A stretch of DNA of 64,000 bases, taken from positions 1 to 64,000 of the forward strand of contig NIVC01001226.1 of the NCBI GenBank assembly GCA_002269645.1, given 5' to 3'. The notes under the pieces were generated by a model. It worked only from the letters and a program-made list of their open reading frames with translations, ran no database searches and was not told the origin of the DNA. Each line of letters starts with the position of its first letter. Positions within the stretch are counted from its first letter, which is position 1. Below, piece by piece: positions 27,034-48,094 of the stretch. The translations under genes were made by a program, and so were the position numbers. The DNA is from Macrostomum lignano. Lineage: Eukaryota.

Positions 27034-29637
27034 ATCTCGCTCGAGGCTCTGCCCGAAGTTGATGAACGCCAGAACTACGGCCGCCGCCGAGGGACACACT
27101 TCGCCTGGTATACATCGCGTTTTTGCTTCACGGTGTGGGCATTCTGCTACCCTGGAATCTATTCATCAATGCCAAGGAGTACTTTGAGAACTACAAGCTC
27201 AACACGAACATCTCGCGCGAGGCGGACTACAGGCACAATTTTATGAACTACATCGGCCTCGGGTCTCAGCTGCCCAACATGCTCATGCTGGCTTGCAACG
27301 TCTTCTTTCAGCCGTTGACGACCAGCGAAGGACAGGAAAAAACTGGCAGCAAAAATGCCGCACGTCGCATTATGCTGGTGATCCTGATCGAAGTTTGCGT
27401 CTGCGCCACCACCGCCATCATGGCCTTGGTGGACACGAGCGAATGCCCGCGATTGTTCTTCGATGTCACGCTAATCAGTGTCATTGTGCTCAACTGTTGC
27501 ACCGGCGTCTATCAGTCCTCGGCGTTCGGCATGGCGGGTGTGCTGCCCATGACCTACTCCAGTGCGATCGTACTGGGTAAGGCGTCTATCGTGATGCTTC
27601 TCGTGCGTGTCGTAGGAATCAGGGGCGTCGCCACCGGGGGGGGGGACATGTCACAGTAAAAGCTGTAGGGGGGTTATGCCAATGCTTTGTCCCCCTCACC
27701 CAACCTTGTGATCCGTTATGAAAATCAATAATTTTGCTTCAGGGTGACAAAATATAGTGCCTGCAGCGCTTAAATGAGTGCCTGCGGCGCTAAAATGAGT
27801 GCCTGCGGCGCTAAAATGAGTGCCTGCGGCGCTAAAATGAGTGCCTGCGGCGCTAAAATGAGTGCCTGCGGCGCTAAAATGAGTGCCTGCGGCGCTAAAA
27901 TGAGTGCCTACGGCGCTAAAATGAGTGCCTGCGGTGCTAAAATGAGTGCCTGCGGCGCTAAAATGAGTGCCTGCGGCGCTAAAATGAGTGCCTGCGGCGC
28001 TAAAATGAGTGCCTGTGGCGCTAAAATGAGTGCCTGCGGCGCTAAAATGAGTGCCTGTGGCGCTAAAATGAGTGCCCGCCGCGCCAAAATGAGTGCCTGT
28101 GGCGCTAAAATGAGTGCCCGCCGCGCCAAAATGAGTGCCTACGGCGCTAAAATGAGTGCCTGTAGCTCTAAAACGAGTGCCTGTGGCGCTAAGATCAGTG
28201 CCTGAGGCGCTAAAACGAGTGCCTGCGGCGCCAAATGAGCGCTGACAACACCGATTCTGAAAATAATGTACATGTACATATAGAATTCTTGGCTCTGTCC
28301 CCCAACCATAAAATCCATCGCGACACCCCTGGTAGGAATCCCGCCCAGACCCCATGGTGACAAGGGAGATATTAGTTTATTAGCTAGTCACAGAACAGCT
28401 TTACATAAGTGCGCTGTTACTACTAATCCAAATCTCCGAGTATCTCTCTGGAGCCGGCACAGATATGGGGTGACGGAGGCCCACAAAATTTAGCAAACTT
28501 TTGCTCATCACTTTCCCAGCAAGCTTAAACATGCCACTTAAAATTCACTTGAAGCACTGAAGCATTTTAACGTCGTTTTACGCAACGCAGGTAACAACAT
28601 CTGCGGAACAGTGGTTGCCATTGTGAACATTGTTAGTCGGCTGGCATCTTCGCAGAATCTGCAAATGACCGCCGTTGGCTATTTCTCATTCTCTGTCGTA
28701 CTGCTACTCATCTGCTTCTCCTCGCTCCTCATATTGCCGAAGCTGCCGTTCTATCGGCACTACCAGCAGCCGCCGTCGCAACCGCATTCGTCTGAGAGGA
28801 CCTGCGACACGACGCAAGGCGGCGCTAAGAACCGACTGCTCAATGAGCAGACGTCTTTCGAATCGGACGACTCAACTGAAACTGTAAACGGATGCTGCGA
28901 TGAGAATCTGGAAACTGTCAGGGCTTGTTGTGCTTTGTGCTGTATCCGCAAGGGACCTGTGGCTGCGTGCTCCAGGTGAGCCAGCCGATTTTTTTAAAGA
29001 GTTTCCGATTTCCAAGTCCATTGAATTTTGGTAAAACAGCTGTGTCGTCAAAGTTGAATTCATAACTTTGAACCACAATTTCAGATACTGGCAGAGATAC
29101 CTGGCTGCCTTCAAAGAGTGCTGGGTTCACTGCCTCAGCGTCTGGTCGACATTCTTCTGCACGCTGGCCTGCTTTCCAGCCGTTCAATCGGCCATCCGTC
29201 CGGTCCAGCTGCTGTCCATAGAGGCCTGGTTCACCGACATCTTCGTGTTCCTCGGCTTCAACCTGTTCGCCATGCTGGGCAGTCTGGCGTCAAATTTTGT
29301 ACAATTCCCAAAACCACGCTGGCTGGCACTGGCCGTGTGGATTCGAACCCTAATCTTCATACCGTTCTTCATCATGTGCAACTGTTTCCCGGACAACCGG
29401 GCCCCGGCATTCCCGGTGGTCATCGCTAATGACTACGTGTTCGCGGCGGGCATGGTGTTGTTCGCTTTCACCGGCGGCTACTTCAGCGCCCTCTGCATGA
29501 TGTACGCGCCAAGGGACGTGAAGAATCCAAAGCACGCGGCATTGGCTGGCATGGTGTCGTCATTCTTCCTGGTCTCCGGCATCTTCTGCGGAGTGGCCTT
29601 CGGTGGAGTGCTGTTCAATGTGGTGCAGGCGCATTAG
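27034..29637 (+). CDS. SLC29A: Equilibrative nucleoside transporter (SLC29/ENT), 5'-truncated copy 2; exons ~27034-27576, 28591-28975, 29085-29637
   Basis: Same motifs and splice sites as copy 1, with few substitutions (PPLKD vs PPPRD, TTVIM vs TTAIM, VFTAG vs VFAAG). Confidence 0.88.
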
Positions 29638-32291
29638 GCCGCTTAGAAAATTCCAAATATATCAACTTATGGATGGAGCAAATAGTCAAGCTGCATAAAG
29701 CTCGTCACTCTTAATGTCTCGATGTTAAAAAATCTTAAAAATATGTTACTTTTTCTAGAGCAGCTAGCTGACGTATTTCTATATTACAATTTCTAGTTCT
29801 ATAAGCTCAGATATAACTTTGTTATAGTGCGTCATAATTTCCGGTGTTGCAGTCGTTGATCTTTATCTAGAGACAGATTATAACAATTTAGTAAGACCCC
29901 TTTAAATCAAATTGCTATTGCATTAGACGCTCCAGTACTTTCTGGTGACCCTATTTGTCATTGACGTTGGCTAATTTTATAGCTTCAATTTTTGGCCTCC
30001 ATCTAGCTGGTTGAGTTTTGTCACGTCAACGAAGAAAACTTGTTTGCAGTTCAATTTTTGCGTATCTGTCACTCTTTTGGTGTATTTTTTGTTAAATTAA
30101 ACTATATTTAGGCTGTAAGCTATCGTGATGAAACTATAACTCAGTACTTCAATACAATTAGTAAATATGTAATATCATGCAATGTCAATTAATTTTAATA
30201 TGGTGATTAATGCGCAACAGCTAGAATTCATTGCTGCATACTGAGAATTATAATACTTTACCAAATGTTTCTGCTGATTCTGGTTGCTGAATTTTGAAAG
30301 TCTGAGAGACCCTATAGATCAAACATTAGCTACTTAATAAGTAGTACGAGTATAAGCATGATTCAATTTTGATTGGTCAGTTGCGTTAAAATATACTGAT
30401 ATTCCTCTATATGTGCTACTCATATTGTTGAAGTAAGTAAGTAAAGCGTTTTTTATTATTTAATGACTTTCAAATTCAAATTGATATGACAAATATGCAT
30501 TACCCCTGAGTTTACGTCCGCCAGCATTGCAAGTTAAGCCGAGTTGCTCCTGGTTAGTGCACACAGTTGAAGTTGCTATGCTTGTGTCCAGGGAGTCTTT
30601 CAGCGACCAGGTTTCGGCGTTCGACCACTGCCTCCTAGAACAAAGCCGCCCTCTGGCGGCTATAAGAATTTGACCCACAGGACCGCTTTTACAGCAGGAA
30701 ACACGACGCCCATACAAGCTCTAATCAACATTGCGGACGTCAAGAACCAGACCGCCGAGGTAGACGAACTGCTGGTGCCATGAGAATCTCTGTCACCCTA
30801 AAAATCTCTCTCACCTTGAGAATCTCTCGCCTGGAGAATCTGTCACCTAGAGAATCTCTTACCGGGAGAATCTGTCACCTGGAGAATCTCTCATCTTGAT
30901 CATCTCTCGCCTGGAGAATATCTCACCTTGAGAATCTCTCACCTGGAAAATCTCTCACCTTGAGAATCTTTCCCTAAAGAGAATCTCTCACCTTGAGAAT
31001 CGCTCACCTTGAGAATCTTTCAACTTGAGAATCTCTCACCTTGAGAACCTCTCACCATGATAATCTCTCAACTTGAGAATCTCTCACCTGGAGAATCTTT
31101 CCCTTAGAGAATCTCTCAACTTGAGAATCTCTCAACTTGAGAATCTCTCACCTTGAGAATCTTTCCCTTAGACAATCTCTCACTTTGAAACTCTCTCACC
31201 TTGAGAATCTCTCACCTTGGGAATCTCTCACCCTGAGAATCTCTCTCACCTTGAGAATCTCTCACCTTGGGAATCTCTCACCCTGAGAATGTCTCACCTT
31301 GAGAACCTCTCACCCTGATAATATCTTGCCTGGAGAATCTGTAACCTGGAGAATCTCTCATCTTGTTAATCTCTCGCCTGGAGAATATCTCACATGGAGA
31401 ATCTCTCACCGGGAGAATCTGTCACCTGGAGAATCTCTCATCTTGATTATCTCTCGCCTGGAGAATATCTCACCTTGAGAATCTCTCACCTGGAAAATCT
31501 CTCACCTGGAGAATCTCTCACCTGGAGAATCTCTCATCTAAAGAATCTCTCACCTGGAGAATCTCTCACCTTGAGAATCTCTCACCTTGAGAATCTCTCA
31601 CCTGGAGAATCTCTCACCTGGAGAATCTCTCACCTAGAGAATCTCTCACCTGGAGAATCTCTCAACTTGAGAATCTCTCTCACCTTGAGAATCTCTCACC
31701 TTGGGAATCACTCACCCTGAGAATGTGTCACCTTGAGAACCTCTCACCCTGATAATATCTTGCCTGGAGAATCTCTCACCTGGAGAATCTCTCACCGGGA
31801 GAATCTGTCACCTGGAGAATCTCTCATCTTGATAATCTCTCGCCTGGAGAATATCTCACCTTGAGAATCTCTCACCTGGAGAATCTCTCACCTGGAGAAT
31901 CTCTCACCTGGAGAATCTCTCACCTGAGGAATCTCTTATCTGTAGAACATGCCTTAAAATCCACCATTTTAACGAACTCGCAAGGCTTGTTATGAACAGC
32001 TAAACAGCAAAATTTAAAATTTAAAAAATTTTAATTAATTAGATTCAATTAAAAAAAGCCTAAGCTGCGAGAAGTGAATTTATTGCAAAGATGACATTTC
32101 TTGTTTAACTAAGCGTTCGCAAAATTGTTTCAATGCTTTCATTCGACGCAAATTATCGAGCAACAGGTGTTTCGAAGTCGCGCATGACCTTTATGCCATT
32201 CTGTTTTATTTAAATAAATAACCTCTGAAACGGCTAAAAGCTTTAAAATTATTTCATCCAGCTCGACACTTGCTGGCCGCCTGTTTCTACA

Positions 32292-39223
<6,932 letters not shown>

Positions 39224-40854
39224 TTGAAGATTTACATAATAAATTTAACTAACATTACAAAACAGTTTAAAATCTTAACAATGTAATCAGTTGTCGGCAA
39301 CCTTTTTACTTCAAGGGCCAAATATAAAAGTCTTGATGATTGCTGCGGGCCGGATGATAGATGACAGATTAGAGAGGTGAGAGAAAAGATTAGATAAAAG
39401 ATAAGAGATGAGATGAGAGGAGAGAGCTGAGAAGAGACACAAACCTTGAGCGGGCTGGATTGCTATAGTGAAGTTTCAAAGGATCAAAGGAATTGTTTCA
39501 AAGGCCGGATAGAGAGGTGAAATACATATTTCACCCCTACACTTCTACGGTAAAATTACCCCTGCACTATTAATTTTAACGGTTTTCCTTAATTAACGGT
39601 TTTAATTTTAACGACTTCTGCTATCCAATTCTACTGTATTATTACAGTTTTGCACTTAACTCATTACTATCGCAAAAACGAAAAATAAATCCGATAAAAT
39701 CACTCACAAAAGTAGATAAACTTCGTTAACAGAAAATGTTCAAATTTTTTTCAAACAAAAACCTGAAGTAAATTATAACAAAATAATAGAAATATGTCAA
39801 TGGTTTGGAATGTTTAAAACAATCTTTGAGATAAAATCGGTCTGGAATTTATTGAAACCGGCATAAAAAACTGTGAGCTTGGAAATTATAGTGCTTATTA
39901 AATACTAGACAGTATAATTATAGTTTGAAAGATATAAGAAGCATAATACATGATAATATATACACCACGCAAAAAGTGAGTTAGATAAGCAATGAAAGAT
40001 GCAGGTTAGCATAATTGCGCATCATATTTTAACAGTAAAACGAGTGAAATAAATAAATAATTCCGGAAAAAATTACTAATTAACCTGCTAACTATTTCGG
40101 CTGAAAGGAGATTCAATGTGACAAATATGAGAATATTTGCAACATATTTTAATTTGAAGGCACACACAATAAAGGAAAAAGTAATCAAGTTTTGAATTAT
40201 GAGCAACAATGCTCGATAAAAACCTGCTATGCTTGCACAATAGATTGAGATTGCAAATAGAATTTCTGTATAAATTATTACAGATAGTGCACCTGAATAT
40301 TGCAAAAATAAATTATTGAATTAATAAATTATTGCTCTAAAAACTGCAGTTTTTTTTAAATAAGAAATTATTACAAGCAAAAATTTGAAGAAATGTTTAA
40401 CTTGCTTAAAGCAGCAATTTTTGGTTTATTTTTTTGTTAAATTGGCTGAGCTCAAATTGCTCATCAATAAGTTTTTAACAATTTTGACTCTCTGATGTGC
40501 CAGCGGCCCAGGCTCGATTCCAAGTGCAGTCACATTAATTTGGGGCTAAATTGGAATCTCGGCTTGGCTCTGCTCGTGCAATTAATGTCATTAAGAGCCA
40601 ACCCCCCCAAGGCGCAGTGAAGTGTACATGCCCAACGATTAATAAAGTTAAGGCCGCTGTACACTCCTGTGTGTGTGCCTGTGCGTATGACTGCGTACGT
40701 ATCCGCGCGCTTGTGTGCCTGCTCAGGGGAGTCGGCGGAATGGGGGCAGCAATGCCTCTCGCCGGTTGTGCGACAATGTCGCTTAAAGTGCGCCCGAGTG
40801 CATACAGCTCCCTGCCTCTAATAAAAAATCTCTTCAGTGCATTTTTCAAGCGAA

Positions 40855-41843
40855 TTGTCTATGGCCCAACCCCACTGAGCTGTAACTCAGTTTGAAACCG
40901 GCACTGCAGATAATTTTTTTTTACTTTAGTCATTGAATTGTCTTTGGCCCAACCCCACTGAGCTGTCACTCAGTTTGAAACCGGCACTGCAGATAAAGTT
41001 TGTTTTTTTACTTTAGTCATTGAATTGTCTTTGGCCCAACCCCACTGAGCTGTCACTCAGTTTGAAACCGGCACTGCAGATAAAGTTTGTTTTTTTACTT
41101 TAGTCATTGAATTGTCTATGGCCCAACCCCACTGAGCTGTAACTCAGTTTGAAACCGGCACTGCAGATAAAGTTGTTTTTTTACTTTAGTCATTGAATTG
41201 TCTATGGCCCAACCCCACTGAGCTGTCACTCAGTTTGAAACCGGCACTGCAGATAAAGTTTGTTTTTTTACTTTAGTCATTGAATTGTCTTTGGCCCAAC
41301 CCCACTGAGCTGTCACTCAGTTTGAAACCGGCACTGCAGATAAAGTTTGTTTTTTTACTTTAGTCATTGAATTGTCTATGGCCCAACCCCACTGAGCTGT
41401 AACTCAGTTTGAAACCGGCACTGCAGATAAAGTTGTTTTTTTACTTTAGTCATTGAATTGTCTATGGCCCAACCCCACTGAGCTGTAACTCAGTTTGAAA
41501 CCGGCACTGCAGATAAAGTTGTTTTTTTACTTTAGTCATTGAATTGTCTATGGCCCAACCCCACTGAGCTGTCACTCAGTTTGAAACCGGCACTGCAGAT
41601 AAAGTTTGTTTTTTTACTTTAGTCATTGAATTGTCTTTGGCCCAACCCCACTGAGCTGTCACTCAGTTTGAAACCGGCACTGCAGATAAAGTTTGTTTTT
41701 TTACTTTAGTCATTGAATTGTCTATGGCCCAACCCCACTGAGCTGTAACTCAGTTTGAAACCGGCACTGCAGATAAAGTTGTTTTTTTACTTTAGTCATT
41801 GAATTGTCTATGGCCCAACCCCACTGAGCTGTCACTCAGTTTG
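40855..41843. repeat. ~87-bp exon-derived minisatellite, 11 units
   Basis: Eleven occurrences of TTTGAAACCGGCACTGCAG were counted before the true exon end at 41836. Confidence 0.95.
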
Positions 41844-44826
41844 ACCCCAGCGAGGCGGCAGATTTTGGCCTCGGCAGCCGACTGGCAGAAGTCGATCGAA
41901 ATTTTCTAGCAACAGCACCGGAGCTTTGCCGCTGCTCAGTTTGAGACGCCGGCATAGGCCAGTAGTTGCGGCGCCGATTGGCATGTTGCCGATGTTGCTG
42001 CTTTTGCATCAGCTGGAGCCGGTCAAGAAGACTGCATAGGCGAGCTAACGAATTCAAACTGGCTGGTGTACCCTGTCTCAGCAGGGCTAGCGGGCGATAG
42101 TTACGCTTGAGTAGGTCGGTGTTTGAGCACAGGTGCTTTAGCCAGGCTGACAAGAAACCGGCACTGCAGATAAAGTTTGCTTTTTTACTTTAGTCATTAA
42201 ATTTGAGCACAAATGCTAGGAAAGCAAATCCCATTAATCTCTTAACCATGCAATCTAATCAAAACACTTATTCACAATCCACTAGGGTTGTAGCCTCCTC
42301 AAGACTCACGACTGAAAGGTTAGGGGTTCGTTTCCCGATCCCACTGGAACAATTTGTGTCCTTGAGAGCAAGACACTCAACTCTGCATTGCTTGAGTTCA
42401 CCCAGCTGTAAAATGGGTGCCAGCATTAGCTGGGGGAATTGAGGGTGTGTGTGGCGACCCCCCCCCAGTCCTTGGACTGAACAGCCTTTAGACTGCGCCA
42501 CACAGTAGCTGCGGCCATACATGCGCAACCTTCAAAAATCGGTCGGCCGTGTGACTTAGTTTTAATAAAAATGCGACGTAGTTTTTGGCCAAAAAATGCG
42601 ACTTACATATTAAAAAAACCCAAGCAAAATTAACGCAACTTTGGGTAAACAACATGAGTAACTATGACTGTCTTATTAAGCCAACATGCCTCGTCAGCTA
42701 CTTAGTACTACCACTTGAGTATCTGTTCGGGTGGGCATTTTTGCGACTTCTTTGTTTGGCTGCCAAATCGGTCGGCCGTCGGCCGACTCGGCCGACTGTT
42801 ATGCATGTATGGCTGCGGCTGTGTCGGTTGCGCATCTGCCTATTATGGCAGGTGTAATCAATTAACTATGCTTTTCTCCTAAACCTCCCATTCCATGTAT
42901 CAAAGCTAATTTCCACTCACTTTAAACAGGCAACGACAAAGGCATCGAATCGGCCCTGTTCGCCATTTGATTCGCTTTTCGAAGCATTTATTTGACGCAC
43001 AATGGCCGACAGCTTTAGACCAATCGGTACTGCGGAAATTTGGAAATGTTAAATCAATAGATTGAGACGCAAAGCAATCGAACCCCCCCCCCCCCCTCGT
43101 TCGTGGGTTCTGAGACTCACCGCAACTGGCACAAGACTCTTCAACCAGCAGACACAGCGGCGAAGCCATCAGTCTGCTTTTCTTTAACAGCAGACTTCTC
43201 TGTTGAACAGTTCTAGCCTTGCTAACATTGCCGCCAAATTGATTGACAAATTTGGCTGTGGACCAAGCGCTGGACATTGCTAAACCGTTGCTAACTAGAC
43301 TGTACAATGAGCGGCACAGTAAACCTACAATAACAGATGAAGATTGACCGTTGCTAGGCAAACTGCAGATCGATATCAGCTGTTCGACAGCAGACGCGGC
43401 TTGAGCAGACAATCGATTGAGTTGGCGAGTAGGCGATTCGGGAACTGGAAGGCGAGACGGTGCAGCAGTTTGAGCCGGTTTGCTGGACACTGGCGAGCCG
43501 CAGAATTCCAAAGGCGGGCTGTCCTCGTCGTCGCCATAGAGACCAACTGACTGGGGTATTACCTGGTCTCGGGAAATATTGTTGAGCACGGGGGAGTTTG
43601 AGCACGGATTGATTGGTTAATTAGTCTTCAGGATGTCAAGTTAGTCTATAGGAAGCTAAATCTATCTTTGGGATTTTTCAGTTAGCCAGTAGGAAATACG
43701 GGGAATTTTGTTAGAATTAGTCAGTGGGAATCATGGGGAATGTTTTAGAATTAGTCAGTGGGAATCATGGGAAAAATTTTTTGGAATTAGCCAAAGGGAA
43801 TCATGAGGAACTTTTTCAGAATTAGTCAGTGGGAAATTGGAATCATGGGGAACTTTTTTAGAATTAGTCAGTGGGAATCATGGGGAATTTTAATCAGTGG
43901 GAACTATAGAGAATTTTTCTAGTTAATAAGAAGGAATCATCTGGGAATTATTTAGCCCGTGGGAATGATGGAGAATGTATGTATGATCAGGGATACTGAA
44001 AGCAAGGTTCAGAGCCAGCTCAGAATAACAATTCTCACATGGAAGTCTTGCCCGATCAGGGAAAGCTTGGCCGGTGGCACAGACAAGCACCTGCTAGCAG
44101 CATGATCGTCGCAGCTTGAGCAGCGAACTTTCTGACGCCTCCTGCTGCGTCCGCGACTTGACCTGGGAGCAGCAGCAGCAGCAGCAGCCGGAGCATCTGC
44201 ACTAGAAGCAGAGACGGCGCCAATTCCTCCGCTAGGTGGCCTTCTCCGCCTCGAACAGCGACTGCTTGGATTGCTGCTACTAGAGAAGTCAGGCAGATTG
44301 GTGGAGACGCCAGCCGGCAACTCTTGGCGTAGAAATGCCAGATCTGGCAAATTTGAACAGCTGACAGCCGATCGAAGTAGTTGGTTGGATTCCAGCTTTT
44401 GATCGCTACTATTATTATTATCATTATGCCGAACTAATAACGATTGTGGATGTTGAAGAATTCTCAGATTTGAAGGCCGGCGATCGGATTTCAGGCCGCG
44501 CCAAGTTGTACGCCTGGAGCAAGGCGGGGCGGCCTGTCTGGTCTGGCAAGGACTGCTATGAGTTGCCTGCTGACTTGCCTGATTGGCACTGCTGCTGTCG
44601 CGACGTTGGCGAGCCACTGCAGCCCAGGTGGTGCCTCTCTGTCGCTGCAGCTGCTGATGCTGTTGAGTCCGCGTTCTCTCACACTGCTCAGGCTGAGTAG
44701 GACTAGTTAAACAGAAGTCGCTTTGCCAAGCTACTGTTCCTACTGCTGCGTTGCTGTTAGTAACAGATTTCCTACTATCGTACACTTGACGCTCTTCTTG
44801 CAGCGACTGGGCAATGGTTGGCCGGT
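41836..44826 (-). CDS. RUSC: RUN-domain protein, RUSC1/RUSC2 (NESCA/iporin)-like; 3' exons 44826-44039, ~43550(or 43562)-43121, 43029-42921, 42163-41836; upstream exon(s) not located
   Basis: Splice phases chain correctly (1-0-1-2). The spliced product has AVEQLI..LLCRSLYSLVSNGL..SAW..RFDAFVVACLNAGFLSAWLKHLCSNTDLLKRNYRPLALLR, matching from memory the RUSC-type RUN signature RFxAFxxxxLNxxxLxxWxxHLxxxxDxxxxxYxPxxxL. Confidence 0.8.
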
Positions 44827-44874
44827 CTGCGGGCGGTTGGAGATAAATTGTATATCAGGGGCAATAAAATTGTG

Positions 44875-45190
44875 GTTTGGGAGGCTGGCCCAGCAACTGA
44901 GGATCTGGAAGGCTGGCCTAGCAACTGAGGATCTGGGAGGCTGGCCTAGCAACTGAGGATCTGGGAGGCTAGCCCAGCAACTGAGGATCTGGGGGGCGCA
45001 ACTGAGGATCTGGGAGGCTGGCCCCAGCAACTGAGGATCTGGGAGGCTGGGCCCAGCAACTGAGGATCTGGGAGGCTAGGCCCAGCAACTGAGGATCTGG
45101 GAGGCTGGCCTAGCAACTGAGGATCTGGGAGGCTAGCCCCAGCAACTGAGGATCTGGGAGGCTGGCCCAGCAACTAAGAATCTGGGAAGG
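44875..45190. repeat. ~28-bp minisatellite (CAGCAACTGAGGATCTGGGAGGCTGGCC)
   Basis: About 11 tandem units just upstream (on -) of the RUN-gene acceptor at 44827. Confidence 0.93.
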
Positions 45191-48094
45191 TGGTTGGTTA
45201 ATTACCTTCAAGTGTTTAATCAAAATTTGGGTTTTCATGCTGGTATAACAAGAGAAATATTGACAAAAAGATTTAAAGCATAACTTACAAGCAACAATGG
45301 GCTCAAATGGTTGCATAAATTCCTCATCAAAAGCCAGATCTAAGCCAGCTTATAGTAAAGAGTCTTGTAGACCATATGAGTAGCTAGATGATTGATTTAG
45401 ATTGCCATTAGTGCCAGAGAATCCCATAGTATCAGTTGACTAGAAATATAAAGAAAAATATTTAATTTTCAACTTTATAATTTTTAACTCAAGAAACATT
45501 TTGTAACAAATTTGTAACAAGTTACTTACAAAATCAAGCCAAGTAGGACAGGTCATCTTGAATAAAAACTGAAAAAAATTAAAATAGTAATCATTTAGCA
45601 ATATACATAGGTAATCTAATATAAGTTAGTTAAGCATTTAAGCATATTTTTAGAAAATTATGCTATAAATTAGTTTTTTTATAACTTAAGTCATAAGATA
45701 ATAAATATATTGTTCTTAAGGATTTAAATAGGCCTAGGTATAGTAATTATTTAATTTTTTAAGTTAATACTAAGGATAAAGTAATTTTAAGTGGCTTTAT
45801 AATATAAGAAATCTTAAACAATGAATAAAGTATTTTTGTAATAAATAAAATTTAAAATTTACAAAATTAAGCAAGGTAAAAATATATTATTGCTAATGCC
45901 TTTGTTCCTTACTAAACCTCTAGGCTCTAGCTAGGCCTAGCCCTAGGCTATAAGCCTATTTTATAATTTGCTTAAACCAATAGGCTTATATCAATACAAT
46001 AGACTATTGTTAATTAAAATATCAATAGACCATGATCATTGACGATCATATAAGACTTTGAATTTAAAAAACTAGCTAGACCTGGCCTAGATTAGAATGC
46101 AAATTGTTGCTTTAAAATAGGCCTGAGCCCTGAGAGGCTGACATAAGGACATTGTAATTGGAAATTGAATTAACAAAGCATACACCTAATAGTTAACAGA
46201 ACAAACAAAAACAAAGCAAGCGAAACATATAAATGGCAGCAAAAAGGCAATAACTAGCTCGTATGCCTTAGACAGTATGGCTATAGCCTGTAGTCATGAC
46301 CAATTACCATGGGAAAATTTTTAGGGATTAAAAAATTAATCCGCTTTTTACACAGTGATAACAGTGATAACAGACAACAATAAAATAAAGTTAAACGTAT
46401 TTATAAGCCTATTTTTATTTTACTTACTGTAAATATTGGCAAAAAATAACTATACAATATGGTCTGGATATTTACTTTGCTAGTCACCCGATCGCCGCGA
46501 AAATTATAGTAGTAGTAGTAGTAAGTTGGCTCAGGCAAGAAGCCTGTTTGGCCAATATATTTCTGTGTATTTAAGATTACTTCAGGAATAGGAGACAATA
46601 TTTTAGCACTAGTTATTTAATTTAATTAATTTAATTATATAGCTCTAACCCTGTAAATTTAACTTGGTGCGACTTACTAAACTATTATCAATAAACAAAA
46701 CGAATGCGTATATCAAAAGGTATTCTTCCAGTAAAAAATCTACGCATGTGAATAACAGTTTTTGTTTCTAAAAAAGGCACACATAACTGTTGTTTTTATC
46801 TGTTTTCCTGACTATCACGCTATATGTCTGTTAGGAGTCAGTTTTGCTTGATTGAATTTATTTCATTTAGGGCAAGGATGGGTAGCAGAACATATGTTAT
46901 TTGTGGCTAATAGTGTAATAGTGTAATAATAACGTAGTCTCCACTGAACGCCAATATCAGTCCGTTTGACCATGGTACGTGGCTATTCATAACAGGTAAC
47001 ATGATACATGGAGCAACAGAAAAATGTTTTGCATGTAACAACCTGTCAAGCAGATAAAATAGGATATACATATGTATTTACACCTTTATGGCTTAAAATG
47101 TACAATCCAAAGTCTATAGTAGCCTAAACAGAACCCACAAGCTACGAGAGACAGCTAGCCTGACCATAGATGGATTCACATAAATAATTTTCGTCCCTTG
47201 CTTATCGGGCGGCCCCAAGGGGAGCACTACATTGGCAGTAAAAATCCAAAAAACCCTATATATCATACTAACAGACTGCAACATTTTTTTCAGCTCACTA
47301 AGTATTATACAAGCTCAATTACTCCACTGCACTGCTTCCAGCTGTTCATAAAAACTTTCACAGACCGGAAATTTAAGTACGAGCGTATATGAAAAATTAC
47401 TATTTAGCAGTTTAGTTTCACACTGTAAAAGATAGAGAAAATATTTAAAATAGAAGTCACGCCTCGTATATGAAGTATTATAAATTTATGCTATTGTGTG
47501 GATCACTATTATTTAAAAAATGAACAGACAGTTTATTTTTACGATTTTAAATTCACAGGTGAAACACTTGTTCGTCATGTGCGTTAAAATTCAATACTAA
47601 ATGTTTTTGTAAACACAAGTACTGAAATAATGCCAAATTAGAACAATATTAACAATCTATTCTAACAGAAACACTAAGAAGTGGATCTAATTAACATCAA
47701 GTTATATTCTTTGTTATAGAATTTTTAAGACTACTTATAGTAAGCGTTCACGGTCATTAACGACAGTTCGATAAAAGGGTTAATAAGATATCCAAAAATA
47801 AGCAAATAGGAAAAAATACTTGCAATATTTGGGCAGGCTAAACCTCAGAAATCCATCTGTTCAACCTACTTAACGAAAGATCAACATTTTTACTGGATTC
47901 AAGAAAGAATTAACCGCATAAATGTCAACTAAAAGTTCATTTCTGTTTAAAGCGTTTCGTAGCATTATGGAATAGCTGCATATGCGTAATATTAATGTAA
48001 TAGTAAATATGAGAATGTAAGATAACTCCAAAAATATATAGACAAACTGCTTTAAATATCAACTGGCAAACAGATCAGTAAAATAGTGGGGTGA

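Noticed and set aside
41836-44826. Minus-strand exons as the C-terminal tail of the SIK kinase
   Set aside because: SIK has its own stop at 51108 and these exons encode a RUN domain. A read-through link is kept only as a hypothesis.
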